Assembly (NCBI GenBank): GCA_002633005.1
Contig: NMRA01000279.1
Location: 259,233 to 323,232, forward strand
DNA: 64,000 bases
Source: Phoronis australis
Taxonomy: Eukaryota; Animalia; Phoronida
Direction: 5' to 3'
Shown here: positions 1 to 13,240 of the stretch, one piece after another
How positions within the stretch are numbered: position 1 is the first letter of the stretch
Layout of the letters: each line of letters begins with the position of its first letter
Notes under the pieces: generated by a model
Seen by the model: only the letters and a program-made list of their open reading frames with translations
The model's database searches: none
Told to the model about the DNA's origin: nothing
Translations under genes and position numbers: made by a program

Positions 1-788
1 GTTCTGCGTGCAGATTCTTTCCTCTTAATTCCATCTGAAAATGATGGGTCATGACATCTTGCCTTTGGAAGTGATAGCATCAAACATGTGTGTTAAAACT
101 AAGCAACCTCGCTTCACGTTCATGCAGAATTGAGATGTGTGAAGGATGAAAGGGGAATATGAACAAATTTGCAAATTGGAAGTTTCGTGATTCCTTATTT
201 CATCAAAGTGTAGACCTAGGTCACCTTGTCAGTGTTGTGAACAATAAAACTGGCATCAGCATTATAAATGATGTCAATTTCAGCTAAAATCATTTTTTAA
301 ACTGTAACTAGATGTACGATATGTGTACACGTATCAGTTAATGCAATGCAACTTCCGATAGAAAGAGTGACTGACAGGTGGTGTATTGGTCGTTGGCATT
401 TGTTCTGCGGTGCACCTTTTAAGGATACTAGAAGGTTTGCTTACCATTTATTACATAAAATTATGAACAGGCTGGAAAAGATGTTAGCTTTAGTTCCACT
501 TCATAAGGTTACTAGTAAAGTGTCCTTCATGACAGACGGCAGTTATGACGGTCAATTCCACTTACACTCAACCGTCATAGCATGAAATTCCATTCGCTCT
601 CAGCCATCTCGATGCAGAATAACGGGTCATTTTGTCCATTTCTTTTGTACTGTAAACTGTATAGTTTGGTAGATATTTGTCTGAATACACTCAGTTGCTG
701 GTGAAGTCCATTGCACCAATAACCCCTTAATAACAGCACAATTTACTGGCGAACTACTTTCAATCTGTCATGTGTTTTTTTGTTGTAG

Positions 789-3700
789 TTGATCTGTGAA
801 GAACTAGAATATAGTGATCTGCTGGATCGGGCCAATGAGCTGCAAGATCCTCACGAGCAGATGGTAAGTAAAAAGCAGACGATAATGAATGTGCCATGGA
901 CTCACGTCTGCCAAAACTGCAAACATTTTGTTGACAGATTTTCTGACTTTGCCCTTATCTGATCTCGTGAAACAGGCTGAGTCATCCGTAGACTGATTTT
1001 TAGGCAGACGTTAAAAAACAGATGGACTCTTTGAGAAACATCCATGTAGTATTTTCATAGTTTTGATGGATTTGCTGTTTAATACATGAGAAGGCAATTA
1101 TAGTTTTGTGCAAAGCGTCTCAAGTATGCTCCTCCTTATACTCAGAAAAATGTCTCTTTCATCTTCGGATCAAAGGGTCACCCTTGCATCAACTCTGCAA
1201 ACATCAGTCAAAGTTCATATGCAATATGGCAGAAAAATGACAATTCATTTTGCCAAAGTTCTCAACAAAATAAACAAGAAAGATTTACTTTGTTCTCAGC
1301 TTGTTAAATAACATTCGTCAAAAAATTGAGCATGTGCAGCAATGTAGGAAACCTTTCAAAAATAGGAAAATGCTAATTTGGAAAAGTGTTCGTTCAAAAT
1401 TGAAAGTTGTTCGTGATGTTGTCACACTGTCTTCCCTCAGGTGTATATAGCAGCGTTTGCTGTCAGTGCCTACGCCTGTACGTACTACAGAGCAGGCACT
1501 AAGCCTTTCAACCCTATATTGGGAGAAACGTTCGACATGGAGCGAGATGATATGGGATGGAAGTTCATAGCTGAACAGGTATCTTAGCCATGCCAGTTAA
1601 CATATACTAGGAAATGAAAATGTTCATGTGAGGGTTGGAATCGGCTTTACCAGCCATTTAGTGGTGAATTGGGCAAAGTTGAATTGTGTTTATATTGAAG
1701 GCAACGTCAGCCCTGGAGTTCTGTGCCTTCTGCTGTCACGGGGATGGTCTGGGGAGGGGATTAATGCACCAGCATATCCCCAATGATCCTGTCCGTGACA
1801 GGTATTTCAGGTATTACAGGTATGAAGGTATTTAACATTTAATTGTTGTCTGTATAAGTACTGAATTTTAAGAAATGCTCATCCCTGTAAAATATAATAA
1901 AATTTAGGTACATGGATGCACGTGTGCATGTGTGCAGGTGTGTGCGCATGATGTTTCTGTTTTGTTCCAAAGATGCATTATATTTTCATTGATGTACGAA
2001 TTGTGATTATTTTGAGGAATAGAATATAAAAATTAATCGCATACGGAACGCAACTGCAGTCAAGTTCCTAATATTGTTTTGAATGCAGAAACTGTCAACT
2101 GAACTCCCTGATCATGACCTGACATGTTCACATCAAATTTATCAACAGCATGTTCTTGCTGTATTGAGACTTTGTGCAAAGTCCAGCACGATCGTACTCA
2201 GAACTGACATGTTGCTCACCTCTTCTATTCCTAGGTTAGCCACCATCCTCCCATCTCAGCAGCTTACTGTGAGGGAAATCATTTTACTTACTGGCAAGAT
2301 TCCAGGGTGAAGACGAAGTTCTGGGGCAAATCCATGGAAATCCATCCACATGGGACGATACACGTGTCCCTCAAAAGGTGGCAGTGCAATGCTGGTGTAA
2401 TAATGTCTCATGTTTAATGTTATGAAAAGTGTGGATTACAAACACGTTTTGAAAATGTAACCTGCAGTTTGTGTTTAGTTTGTTTGTGAATAGTTTTGTT
2501 TATTATCAAACATCATCTTTTTGTTGGATCAGTTGAACTGTTTCACCAAATGACCTTTGAACTACAAATTTAAAACCCCTACAAATCCTGAATAACAAAA
2601 AATCAAAGTAATAATTTTGATGTGTTAGATTTAATCAAATTGTATTGATGATTGTTGGGTTGTATTGTTTTTCTTTAAATTTATCGATGCATTAGCACAC
2701 ATGATTTGCATAGTCTTGAAGAACCCTTGAATTTATGGCCTTGGCATTGGTCCTTGGACTAAATTCTTGAAATGCCCTTGGATTTTAGCTTTTAGCCTTG
2801 AAAGCCCTTATTATAAGTAGACATGGGCTATTTTGATTATTGCTGCAAAACATGTTTATGAAAAAATATGACCTGTAGATGTTTTTTGTATATCTATGTG
2901 ATGCAGGAAATGTAATTAAAAGTGTATAGCATCAAGTTTGCCAATTTCATTCCATCATTACATATCTCCTTCTCTTTATGTTTCCCTTAGATCAAAGGAT
3001 CTCTACAGCTGGAATAAAGTCACTTCGTGTGTTCACAACATTCTCCACGGCACTCGCTGGGTTGATCACTACGGTGACATACACATCAAGTCTAGCAACG
3101 GCTGTTCAGCAAAGATTACATTCTTGAAGGTATTCACTATGCCCTGTGAAGAGGCACAATTATCGCTTTTGTATTTTATTTTCATGTACTTTGTTTTAGA
3201 AAACTTTGTTATGAAACTTACCTTGTGGAATAAAATGTGCATTTCTTCTTTGGAGGTTTATCAAATTGTTCTGTAGGCATACTAACTGTCCTCATATTTT
3301 TAAGGGTAGTTTTTGACGTCTGAGTGGCAGAGGTTTGTATTTAATCAACCTGATACAGCAGCCTGTCTTAAAAAGCACGAAATTTGTCCTGCACAAACTA
3401 ATGTTTTTTGTTGTGCAGAATGATACAAGTCCTAGAATCGATGTCATGATTTGTGCAAATTTCTCTATTTTTGGTGATGACATCAGTGTAAAACGCCATG
3501 ACTTTATATGGGTTCCTTAACTTTGTAATGGTTGGTAATAAATGCATTTGAATAGTCAAATAATTTGCATTTCACACAGTTTGCTAACATTTAGTCTAAA
3601 TTTTTCCTCTCTCTTCAGAATCCTTAACAACAATTGTTTTCATAGCTTTCCTTCTACAACACTTGCATTATGTTACTGTGACTTGTTGCAGGCTACCATG

Positions 3701-6700
3701 TGGTCAAGTAAACGTCATGAGATCCAGGGTCACGTACTGGACAGGAATGGACAAGTAGTGCACAACCTGTTTGGCAAGTGGACAGAAGGACTGTATTGTG
3801 GTCACGGGGGTACAGCCAGGATCATTTGGAGACCAGGTGAGGTGGGCGGAGGTCACGGGGTCACCTGATGGCATTCCGCAGGCCAAATTTCATGCTAGAA
3901 AAAGCAATATTTTGCGAAACCTTATAAAATCATTCGAGTNNNNNNNNNNNNNNNNNNNNNNNNNNNNNNNNNNNNNNNNNNNNNNNNNNNNNNNNNNNNN
4001 NNNNNNNNNNNNNNNNNNNNNNNNNNNNNNNNNNNNNNNNNNNNNNNNNNNNNNNNNNNNNNNNNNNNNNNNNNNNNNNNNNNNNNNNNNNNNNNNNNNN
4101 NNNNNNNNNNNNNNNNNNNNNNNNNNNNNNNNNNNNNNNNNNNNNNNNNNNNNNNNNNNNNNNNNNGGAAGGGGGCGAGGTGGAAGGGGGTGATGAGTTC
4201 AGGTGAAGGTAAATACCTGCCGTGGTTAGTGTGATCATATTTAGATGACTTGTGACAGGTTGTCAGTCTTGTATTATTTTAGTATGCATTGCGGGAAAAC
4301 GTAACAAAAGAATACAGTGACAATTGCTGAGTCACAAACATTAAAATTCTTAATTTTGTTTCAACTCTGTTTTCCTTGACAGGTGGTATGCCAGATGACT
4401 ATGATCTCTACTATGGCTTTACGCGATTTGCCATAGAATTGAATGAGTTGACCGATCACCACAGGTCAACACTGCCCCGAACTGACTCAAGATTCAGACC
4501 TGATCAAAGGTTTGTGCCGATAAGGAAACTAAAGCAGATATAACCAAGCCTTCTGTCCTAAAAATGACTTTTGATTTAGACCACTTTACGTTATGTAACA
4601 GCCTTAACTAGCTCATTACTTGGATCAGGGCTTGGAATTTTCCTCTTTTGAGATTATTTTCTCTTTTTTGATTTTGATTTCCTCTTATTTGATTTCCAGT
4701 ATCCTCTTTTCTCATCTTTTTTATCATTATTTTGATGTTATTCACACAAAAATGTTTATTTCAGTTAAATTTTACTGCACAAAAATATTTCTATCACACG
4801 AGCTTATTTATTTGTGGAATGATACGTAACTTGGAAAATTTCCCTCTTCTTTGTCATTGGTCATTTCAAACCCTGTTAGATTAGATTGGATTTCTGGGCT
4901 TGAGAGGAAATTGCAATTGGTCATTGCTTGAGACTGGGCTCAGTAAATGGTTTGTGATGGTGGGCCAGTTGATGCGCTGTGCGAGGTCTTGACCACCAAT
5001 GAATTGTCGATCGCTTGTTTCCATTCCCAGAATCCTTTCTAATTAGAGTAAGGAACAATAGGAAGTTGAGACCAGTTTTACAGCAGTAAGTGTTGGTGCA
5101 CTATGGGAAAAATGTTTTTGTGACCGAAGTCTTTGTCTTGTAGCAGCTTAATGAAAACACAGCTGTGACTGGTTAATTTGTAATTATTATTACTTTGAGC
5201 TGTGGTTGGCTTTTACAAAGTAATGGTGATTAGTTGTGAAGTTCCAGAGACTCCTTATTGACCTTATCTGTTGAGTGTGTTGGTTCTGCCAGCTGAAACT
5301 GTGAAGTGAACTCTGCGAGGCATTGGGAATGTGCTATAAAAATTGTGCGGCAGTGAAAAGTTATTTTTTTGTTGAAGGTCAGAGCTTGTACCAAATTTTA
5401 TTAAAATACACATTATTGGCCATTCCAAATTCAATAATTATGACCAAGGACAAGCATTCATTCACCTCGATGTTTCACAAGACATGAAATCGTCACTGGC
5501 AATTTTATCGAATGCTGTGGTTATTTTCAGAATGCTGTTGATTCAGAATACAGTCTGTGTCCGATATTTGATAAATATGAACTCCAAAATCACCAGTGTC
5601 CCAAACTTCAGAAAATTCAATTTTGCTTTGAATTTCAGTGCTCCAAAGTTGGAGATTGTCCCAAACTGGAGATTTTTTTGCCATAATTTAGTAAATATTA
5701 CGAGATGCCAGCAGAGTTTGATTTCTCTGTAGTTTCTGCGTTACAAAGTATGTCAGCAGTGGGAGGAGGCCGTGTGGCCTGGTGGGATAAATGGTTGCTT
5801 CCTTTACTCAAGGTTGTGAGTTCGAGTCACTCTGGGGCACGCTGCTAGACCCTTGAGTCGGGTCTCTAGCTCTTCAGCTCTGTTTTAAATATACATTAAC
5901 AAAGCATAACAATCATGGTTCCAGGTGATTCATTTAATCGGCCCACTTGAGTGTCCTGCACACGTCTGGTACAACATATACCAGAGCGCTTGGAAATATT
6001 TTTATTATGTCAACTGTGTGGCTGTGTTTTAGAATGCTTGAAGAAGGCGACATAAGCGGTGCAGAGGAGGAGAAGCGTAGAGTGGAGACATTACAGCGGG
6101 AAGTGAGGAAGGAAAGAGAAGTATCTTCAATTGTGTATAAACCTCTCTGGTTTAGGTAGGTTGATAACAATAATGATAATGATAATGATAATAACCTTTA
6201 TTTATATAGGATAAAATATTAGATTTAAAAACACATACTTTAGCCAAAGGCTAATATACAGCGTGGTCCATGATGAATAAAGTCAGCCTCTGTGCTTTTT
6301 CTTGTCATACAAGATCATTTTAGTTCATTCAGAATGCAGAGCTATTTGGAAATTGAATGGTCTCTGCAACTAGTTTTTAACTTGTGTTGCACAGTTTTAA
6401 CATTTTTACATCATTTTCAAATGTTTAATGACCCACGTAGAGCTAATAAGGTCAAGTCAAAGATGCAGGCATCAAATGAATCAAGTGAGATATGATGAAT
6501 CTGTTTGAGCACTCCATTGTGTTATCATGTGACATCAGCAGTGCCAACTAACCAAATTAAGCAGTAATAAATTTAAAACAAATTATTCAACTGGAAACAT
6601 TCATGCTTTTTCAGAGACGATTACTTGACAGTTCTAGTGAGAGATCGATATTGTCAAATGCTTTACAGAGGTCTACATTTTCGTAGCTTATGTCATCATT

Positions 6701-6813
6701 CTCTCTGTAGGAAATCAGACGTCAAAGGTGATGACCAGTTGGAATACAATGGCCAGTATTGGGCGATGAAGAAAAATGGGTTTAATACAGTTGCCCTACC
6801 ACGACTTTGGTGA
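789..6813 (+). CDS. Oxysterol-binding protein-related protein (ORP3/6/7 subfamily), C-terminal ORD domain; 5' part lies upstream of the window
   Basis: Phase-compatible GT-AG exons 789-863, 1441-1578, 2235-2377, 2991-3129, 3692-3836, 4383-4509, 6033-6155, 6711-6813 (993 nt, ending TGA). Translation contains [24 protein letters not shown], the OSBP signature EQ|[41 protein letters not shown] and C-terminal YW...LPRLW*, as in OSBPL3/6/7-type proteins. Confidence 0.95.
4626..4875. mobile_element. Short non-autonomous hAT-like MITE (degenerate copy)
   Basis: Begins CAGGGCTTGGAATTT and ends TTGTCATTGGTCATTTCAAACCCTG. These termini and the subterminal sequence match the element at 40939-41450. No clean TSD. 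Confidence 0.55.
5762..5930 (+). mobile_element. tRNA-derived SINE
   Basis: A-box-like TGGCCTGGTGG and B-box-like GAGTTCGAGTC, followed by a body (GACCCTTGAGTC...ATGGTTCCAGGTGAT) that aligns by eye with the copy at 22343-22510. Confidence 0.7.
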
Positions 6814-8479
6814 CCATAGACGTCTCGGATAAATCCGAGTTAGAAGGAAGCATGATAGATCAGTATTTATTGCTTCATGTTATTACGGGCTGCGGTGATT
6901 AATTTATATTTTTTGGGATTTCTGGTGCTTAAAAAATGAAATGTTTTCAAACTCTTTTGAAGCATTTTTTGTTTAGCTAAGTCGAGTTATGTTGTGTCTA
7001 ATGAGAGTTAGTGTTCTGTTATGGGTGTGTGAGTGATACTCATATGTCTCTTGGGTCTCATCTTGATATTGTTGAGTGATGCTGCCTCAAGTCCTATGCT
7101 CAACAACAGATGGATATAGCAAGATAAGGTTGCTAAGGGAACACTCTGGTTGGAGATTGTTCGAATGCTAATCGTGCATTCTGTGTTGGGAAATTATTAG
7201 TTTGTGACCTAGAAAATAAATTAACTGGCAACATGTTGCATGGTTCTGGTCTCTGTCCCTGTTCATACAATTTTTGGATTTTAGTCTTTTGAAGTATAAA
7301 GACTGTAATGGTCACTAGTGTAAGATTGATTTTATATTTAGAAGAGCGCACCCTCTAGCATTGTGTCAGTTGCTGGTCAGTGATGTTTGAACTTGGGATA
7401 GTGCTTGTCAGTGATCATCTGCTCATACATGTGAAAATTAAGATAGTACAAAACTGTGGAAGAGAAATACATCTGTGAAGAAGAGACTAGATAATGATAA
7501 GTTTGAGGACTATAACGTCACCATTGTCATACAAGTTAGCGATACATGTTAGAGCAAGAGTCGGCTAGTGACAGCGTTGAGCTCATATGGCTGTCGGCTG
7601 TGTTGAGCTCATATGGCTATCAACTGAGTGTCAAATGTTATGACATGTACGTTAATTGTTCACTTATTTCCCTCAAAAGTAATAATTTTCTAATTTTCAA
7701 GGGCCACCTTTCTGTAAATAATGGAAATTTTACCAAAATGTTGTTTCATGACATCAACACAATACAAACCAGGTTACTGATAGACTGAAATTTTTTTAAT
7801 CTTTGATTTTCTTGAGTACTTTATCAGAATAAAATGTGACTTGTCTGCCGCATATTGTTTGCTAAATAGGTGGATTACCAAATAGACCTTTGGGGAGGGG
7901 GAGATTCCACGCGCTGTATTGTAAGCACTTTCAGTTGACATGGAGGACATGAACGCCGTGACGCTTTGGAAAAGCAGTCTTGTGTAGACAGTTGATAGAT
8001 ATTCAGGGTTAGTGTCCTGACTTAGATTGTCAGCTGCTCTTTAGTCAATGTATCCTACTCAAGAGAAGTCTCAGCGAGTCTCATTATATGTGTACCACCG
8101 TTAGGTGAAAATGAATGCTGTTGATGTGTTATCATGCCCACTTGTAATTATTGTTAAATTCGTTATATTTGTTGATTACTGTGATTGGTTTTATGATAAA
8201 ACTCCATTATTATAATTACATTACAAAATATTACTTTCTTGTGCCATTCCAGTTTGATGCAGGCAATACAGGCATTTTTGTACAACCTTCATAACAATGA
8301 AATAATTTAGATTTAATCGGAGTGAAATAAATTTCGAAATGTGCGGAATGTTTACAAGTGCCATAACAAAAATACCATTGACAGAGGTTGACTAGTATAC
8401 AGGACGGCGCATGCCTCACTTTATACTTCTACCAAATACTTCACGTCATCCTATTAATGCAGACTTTTGGGGCTCTTTC

Positions 8480-8750
8480 ACTGAAACAGCCTATTAACCA
8501 TGATATTTTTGAGACTTTACCGATACACAGCCTATCAAAGCATATTTTGGGGACTATTTCTGTAATCAATACACAGCCCACTAACGCACATTTTGGGACT
8601 ATTTCAGCAATACACAGCCTACTGACGCATATTTTGGGGACTGCTTCACCAGTACAGTTTACTTATGCATATTTTGGGGACTAATTACCAAATACACAGC
8701 CTAATAACGCATATTATGGGAGTTTTTCACCGACTTGGCAAACACAGCCT
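8480..8750. repeat. Degenerate ~36-bp minisatellite (ATACACAGCCTACTAACGCATATTTTGGGGACTATTTC-like); second copy at about 9900-10170
   Basis: About 7-8 diverged units are visible directly. Confidence 0.8.
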
Positions 8751-8908
8751 TGTACTACACCTTTACGATCAGGACAGAGTAAAGAACAAAAAACATTTCA
8801 CGATTACATGATACTTTAATTCAATAATACCGTTGATGACTACAACCGTAACAAATGATAAAATGCCAACTCCCATCACATACACGCCATAACATTCAAG
8901 CACAGTTN

Positions 8909-9045
8909 ACTGTCCACTGTGTTGAGCTCATATGGCTGTCCACTGTGTTGAGCTCATATGACTGTCGACTGTGTTGAGCTCATATGGCTGTCAACTGTGT
9001 TGAGCTCATATGACTGTCGACTGTTGAGCTCATATGGCTATCAAC
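8909..9045. repeat. 26-bp VNTR (CTGTCCACTGTGTTGAGCTCATATGG)
   Basis: About 5 units here versus about 2 units at 7577-7625 in the other copy. Confidence 0.85.
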
Positions 9046-12000
9046 TGAGTGTCAAATGTTATGACATGTACGTTAATTGTTCACTTATTTCACTCAAAAG
9101 TAATAATTTTCTAATTTTCAAGGGCCACCTTTCTGCAAATAATGGAAATTTTAACAAAATGTTGTTTCATGACATCAACACAATACAAACCAGGTTACTG
9201 ATAGACTGAAATTTTTTTAATCTTTGATTTTCTTGAGTACTTTATCAGAATAAAATGTGACTTGTCTGACGCATATTGTTTGCTAAATAGGTGGATTACC
9301 GAATAGACCTTTGGGGAGGGGGAGATTCCACGCGCTGTATTGTAAGCACTTTCAGTTCTCATGGAGGACATGAATGCCGTGACGCTTTGGAAAAGCAGTC
9401 TTGTGTAGACAGTTGATAGATATTCAGGGTTAGTGTCCTGACTTAGATTGTCAGCTGCTCTTTAGTCAATGTATCCTACTCAAGAGAAGTCTCAGCGAGT
9501 CTCATTATACGTGTACCACCGTTAGGTGAAAATGAATGCTGTTGATGTGTTATCATGCCCACTTGTAATTATTGTTAAATTCGTTATATTTGTTGATTAC
9601 TGTGATTGGTTTTATGATAAACACCATTATTATTATTATTACATTACAAAATATTACTCTCTTGTGCCTTTCCAGTTTGATGCAGGCGATACAGACATTT
9701 TTGTACAACCTTCATAACAATGAAATAATTTAGATTTGATCGGTGAAATTATTTTCGAAATGTGCGGAATGTTGACAAGTACCATAACAAAAACCACCAT
9801 TGACAGAGGTTGACTAGTATACAGGACGGTGCATACCTCATTTTATACTTTCACCAAATACTACACATCCTATTAATGCAGATTTTTGGGGCTCCTTCAC
9901 TAAAACAGCCTATTAACCATGATATTTTTGAGACTTTTTTACCGATACACAGCCTATTAAAGCATATTTTGGGGACTATTTCTGTAATCAATACACAGCC
10001 CACTAACGCACATTTTGGGACTATTTCAGCAATACACAGCCTACTGACGCATATTTTGGGGACTGCTTCACCAGTACAGTTTATTTATGCATATTTTGGG
10101 CACTAATTACCAAATACACAGCCTAATAACGCATATTACGGGAGTTTTTCACCGACTTGGCAAACACATCCTTGTACTTCACGTTTACGATTAGGACAGA
10201 GTAAAGAACAAAAAACATTTCACGATTACATGATACTTTAATTCAATAATACCGTTGATGACTACAACCGTAACAAATGATAAAATGCCAACTCCCATCA
10301 CATACACGCCATAACATTCAAGCACAGTTTCAATCCCTCCGATGTTGACCCCACTCGCATTTGAACAGTCCAGGCGAAAATCTAAATGTTAACAAAGCTG
10401 ACTGTCAATGGGAATGAGTGGCGACACAGGAATGTGAAGTAATTTCATTTGCAACTTTGACCAGAACACAATAAAAATTCTTTAAGCCATGACAGTAACA
10501 ACTTTGAGCGCAAACTTAGAAAAAGTTCCAAATTTCATTATTCTTGAAACTCCAATTTAGACCCCGCATCGTAGATGTCTTAAGAAGCATTCTCACTAAT
10601 TTCAAAATTTCAGACACGATCTGTAATTTCTAGGAAAGGAACGCTTTCAATGTCTGCACAACGAGAATTTTCACAATACTGGTTTGCCACAAACAAAATG
10701 ATTCTCACATCATTTCACTTGGGGCATGGTTAATGAGTGAAATTACTATGACTAATCAAAATACCTCTGATCTTTTTCAAGAAAGCGTACAAATTATTTT
10801 GTTTCAAGTTCAAAGTGGCGAGCAACGAACTTCACCGACATCTTTCAGGCCTGAGAAACAATCCAGCACTCGGACTCACAAACACTCGGAACCATCAGCA
10901 AAGAGCAAATTCTGATGAACACCCACTACAGTGATCCAAAATTTGGCCGTTAGCTATTATAGATGCCTGACTACAGTGTTTGATCAAGTCAAGGATTTGA
11001 TGTATCATCCCACAAAGCCTAATCATAGGTCCGAAATGAGTACCTGTGGGTTCGGTTACTAAAACATTTCTCCAGCCTGCTATCAATGGAAACAGAACAG
11101 AACACGTAGAAATTTTAACCCCTAATTCACCACAATGCTTACTTGCATACAATTAGCTTTCAGAACACACTTTTATACACTCACTCATGGCTAGAAAGAA
11201 TATATCTCACTTAATCACACACCACCAAGTTCAAAAAACATCTCCAACAGCATTTTAGTGTGCAACCTTTAAATAAAGCAAATTTAGGAGCGCAGTTGTG
11301 CCATTGGTTGAGGCCCATGTAGGTCAGACTCAATGGCCACCATCCAAAACATAGGTGACATCTCCGAGTAAATATTAGGTAATTTCACAAGAAATTTAAA
11401 TTTGACAAAACTTAATACAGCACGAAAATGACATGTCATGCAGAACATCTTGCAAAGCAACGAACGAATGATCAACCAAATACCACGACAAGTTAACCGA
11501 TACAGCACATTAAGGATTATACATTGCTTTAAAAATGCCGGTACGTTCACAAACCACAATGTATGAACTCGAAACACTGAATATCATAGACTATTTAAGT
11601 TACTACATCTAAGTAAACTAAACCTAGACCTGACAAATGAATCACTGACCAAAAGCATTTCAAAAGTCCTTTGACACCAGTACCAGGCTTTTGTCATGTA
11701 AGCAATTCATCAAAATATTTTTATCATCACCTCTGAGTAGTTCTCACACAGACGTTTTACCAAGATTTTTCATTTAACTGTAGCAATGTCACATTTTGAT
11801 GAAGACAATTTCTACATGTTTGTTCAGGATAGCATCTCAAAATTTCGTGAAAAGCTGGAAAATCTTGCGCAAAACACAACAGAAACTCCTCACTGTGAAT
11901 GAAAGCTTGCTCGCTTTTTCAGAAAAGGAAATCCACCCAAAATAATCAAAATTAGTTTTTTCACCCAACGCTTGGCAAATCTTGCATAGTTAGTTACCTT

Positions 12001-13240
12001 TCATAAAACACCCTGGCTGAACTTGATGCGGACAAGCGCTCTTTTTAATTTTTGGTCAGTGAGTCCAGGTCTCAAAATGAGTAAGGGTATACGCCAAAAA
12101 ACAATTATGCCTTTTTGACCTAACGCACGTTTAAATTAACTGTGAACAACGTCTACAAAAATTTTAAATTAAATTTAGCCATAAAAATGAGAACCGTTTC
12201 AAATGAAAGAATAATATAACGCTCACAACAACTCAACACTACACCAACTCATCCAGAGTGAGCTTGCATCCCATCTCAACTATAACTAGTGCTTTAACAT
12301 ACAAGATATGAGAAATGTTACACTCCAATTAACGTAAAAGCGTCTCATTAATATTCAAGCCAATTTCTCATATTGATTTGTAAAGTTTTCAATTGTGAAG
12401 CATACCCACAACACTGCATGGCCACAAACGTTACAAACACCTGGGTACCAAACTTGTAATTAACCATGCAACACAGAATTATTACAATAAACTGCAGTGT
12501 AAGAAGGCGATAGTTTGTATGAATACTTGACACAAACTACAATTCAGTCTTCATGTCAACGGAAATTCAAAACACTCGCGTTTTGCAGTAGTTTTGTATA
12601 TTATTCTCAGTCATTGACGCTTCAAACTACGACTTTGGTGTGGTAGGAGATTAAAATGACTGGCACAAAAAAGTAAATTAACGTTCTGTCCGTTCCCTAT
12701 TAACAGAAACCTTGTGCCTACCGAATTTGCCACTTGACAAGGGAATAGACAAAAGCCTATGTTAAGTGTTAGCTGCAAGTCCAATGTTGAATATAAATAC
12801 TTATAAGCCAGTAGCAAATCCAAAGCTGTGACCATAATGCATGAAAGTCAAAAATTCTTACTCGTCCAAACCAAGCCCAAAATCATACCTTTAACCAATA
12901 CTAGATATTAATTTTCAAATCACAGCGCAAAGTGGGAGAATATTTGAGTACCAGAAAAATATCCCTCACTTTTGTTAATGACCGCTGAAAAAGGGAGTGA
13001 ACAGAAGATACACACACACCTTACCTCAACAGTTCATCACCTGCCTGCTTAAGCTTTTGGCATGCTACTGTATGTAATGAATAGATAATTAGTTATGAAA
13101 TGGGCTCCAGACAACATAATAACGTAGTGCAAGATCACACGCCTGCAGCCAAAATTTGTGGAAATAAATGACATGATGGTTATAATGAACTGCGTCACCC
13201 TACACAGTCATGTGATCAGTCATGTGACCACCCAGACGCC

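Larger units (their letters stand above)
7577..10329. repeat. Tandem near-identical duplication (about 7577-8907 vs 8909-10329) joined by a single N; probable haplotype duplication
   Basis: Both copies end ...AACATTCAAGCACAGTT, with N at 8908. They differ by scattered substitutions and small indels. The second copy starts inside a 26-bp VNTR. Confidence 0.9.

Noticed and set aside
3771-4238. ORFs spanning N gaps (also 38935-39431)
   Set aside because: Open only because of N runs next to G-rich low-complexity intron sequence.
5762-5850. Possible tRNA gene (A and B boxes)
   Set aside because: No convincing cloverleaf, and it continues into a body shared with the copy at 22343, so it is a SINE head.
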